The position numbers and the translations under genes are program-made. Positions 42,903 through 43,024 of a stretch of 43,024 bases of DNA are shown one piece after another. Under the pieces are notes generated by a model. The model ran no database searches and was not told the origin of the DNA. It saw nothing but the letters and a program-made list of their open reading frames with translations. Origin of the DNA: Candidatus Enterousia sp. (GTDB lineage: Bacteria; Pseudomonadota; Alphaproteobacteria; Rs-D84); NCBI GenBank assembly GCA_045635705.1, contig JAZTWE010000001.1, forward strand, positions 1-43,024, read 5' to 3'. Each line of letters opens with the position of its first letter. Within the stretch, counting starts at the first letter, position 1.

Positions 42903-43024
42903 TGGTGGACGCACAGGGACTGTAAATCCCCATATTCGCTTTCGCTCTATGGGCCCCATTCGCTATGTATGGTTCAAACTTCGTTTACACTCGTTTTCAC
43001 CAACTAACGCCCCGAACCCTTTTG
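42903..43024 (-). ncRNA. 3' part of a structured RNA ending ...GUGCGUCCACCA; a tmRNA-like acceptor end is possible. The 5' part lies outside the window.
   Basis: The minus strand reads ...GCGAAUAUGGGGAUUUACAGUCCCUGUGCGUCCACCA, followed 8 nt later by the terminator. UCCACCA with U at acceptor position 70 is the Ala-identity/tmRNA-type 3' end. The hairpin GGGGA-UUUACAG-UCCCU sits at the T-arm position, but its loop is non-canonical. Confidence 0.3.

Noticed and set aside
42877-43024. Plus-strand partial CDS starting at ATG 42877 (MTTSVVVISGGRTGT...), open to the window end
   Set aside because: There is no RBS, the start codon sits inside a terminator hairpin that belongs to the minus strand, and the downstream peptide looks non-protein-like. 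It is kept as the alternative that would refute the ncRNA call.

Overview
A 43-kb chromosomal window from a moderately AT-rich Gram-negative bacterium. The taxon is only inferred: protein motifs look like a genome-reduced alphaproteobacterium (Rickettsiales/Holosporales-like). All calls come from reading the ORF translations and the DNA by eye; no homology search was run.

Housekeeping genes: rluC (partial), uvrC, pgsA, tolB, fba, dnaA, dprA, plsY, rpsT, sufB, sufC, an AI-2E transporter, ruvX, gatC, gatA, gatB, miaB and one tRNA-Phe(GAA).

Accessory content interleaved with them:
1. A type IVb pilus machine resembling the R64 thin pilus, split into three subloci: the prepilin at 811-1275, the PilO/P/Q/R-like operon at 6649-11291, and the PilL-like protein plus lipoprotein secretin at 25638-28217.
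2. Five signal-peptide-bearing, very Cys-rich proteins with mosaic shared modules (here called P1-P5). Several sit next to the pilus genes.
3. A 14-mer, CGCGCTATACGCAT, found about ten times in both orientations, inside unrelated genes and beside terminators. This distribution resembles a DNA uptake sequence.
4. A gatCAB operon interrupted by two unknown ORFs and an antisense tRNA.
5. A promoter plus a multi-hairpin leader immediately upstream of one Cys-rich gene.
6. An RHH (BrnA-like) and DinD-like gene pair, an orphan VirB2/TrbC-like pilin gene, an autotransporter, and a divergent SOD-like/Dps-like pair.
7. A structured RNA ending in UCCACCA at the right edge of the window.

No transposase, integrase, CRISPR array or rRNA was seen.

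The most interesting hypothesis is a dispersed DNA-uptake and surface-adhesion apparatus: type IVb pilus, DprA, secreted nuclease, uptake-sequence-like word and a Cys-rich surface protein family. This is labelled as inference throughout.
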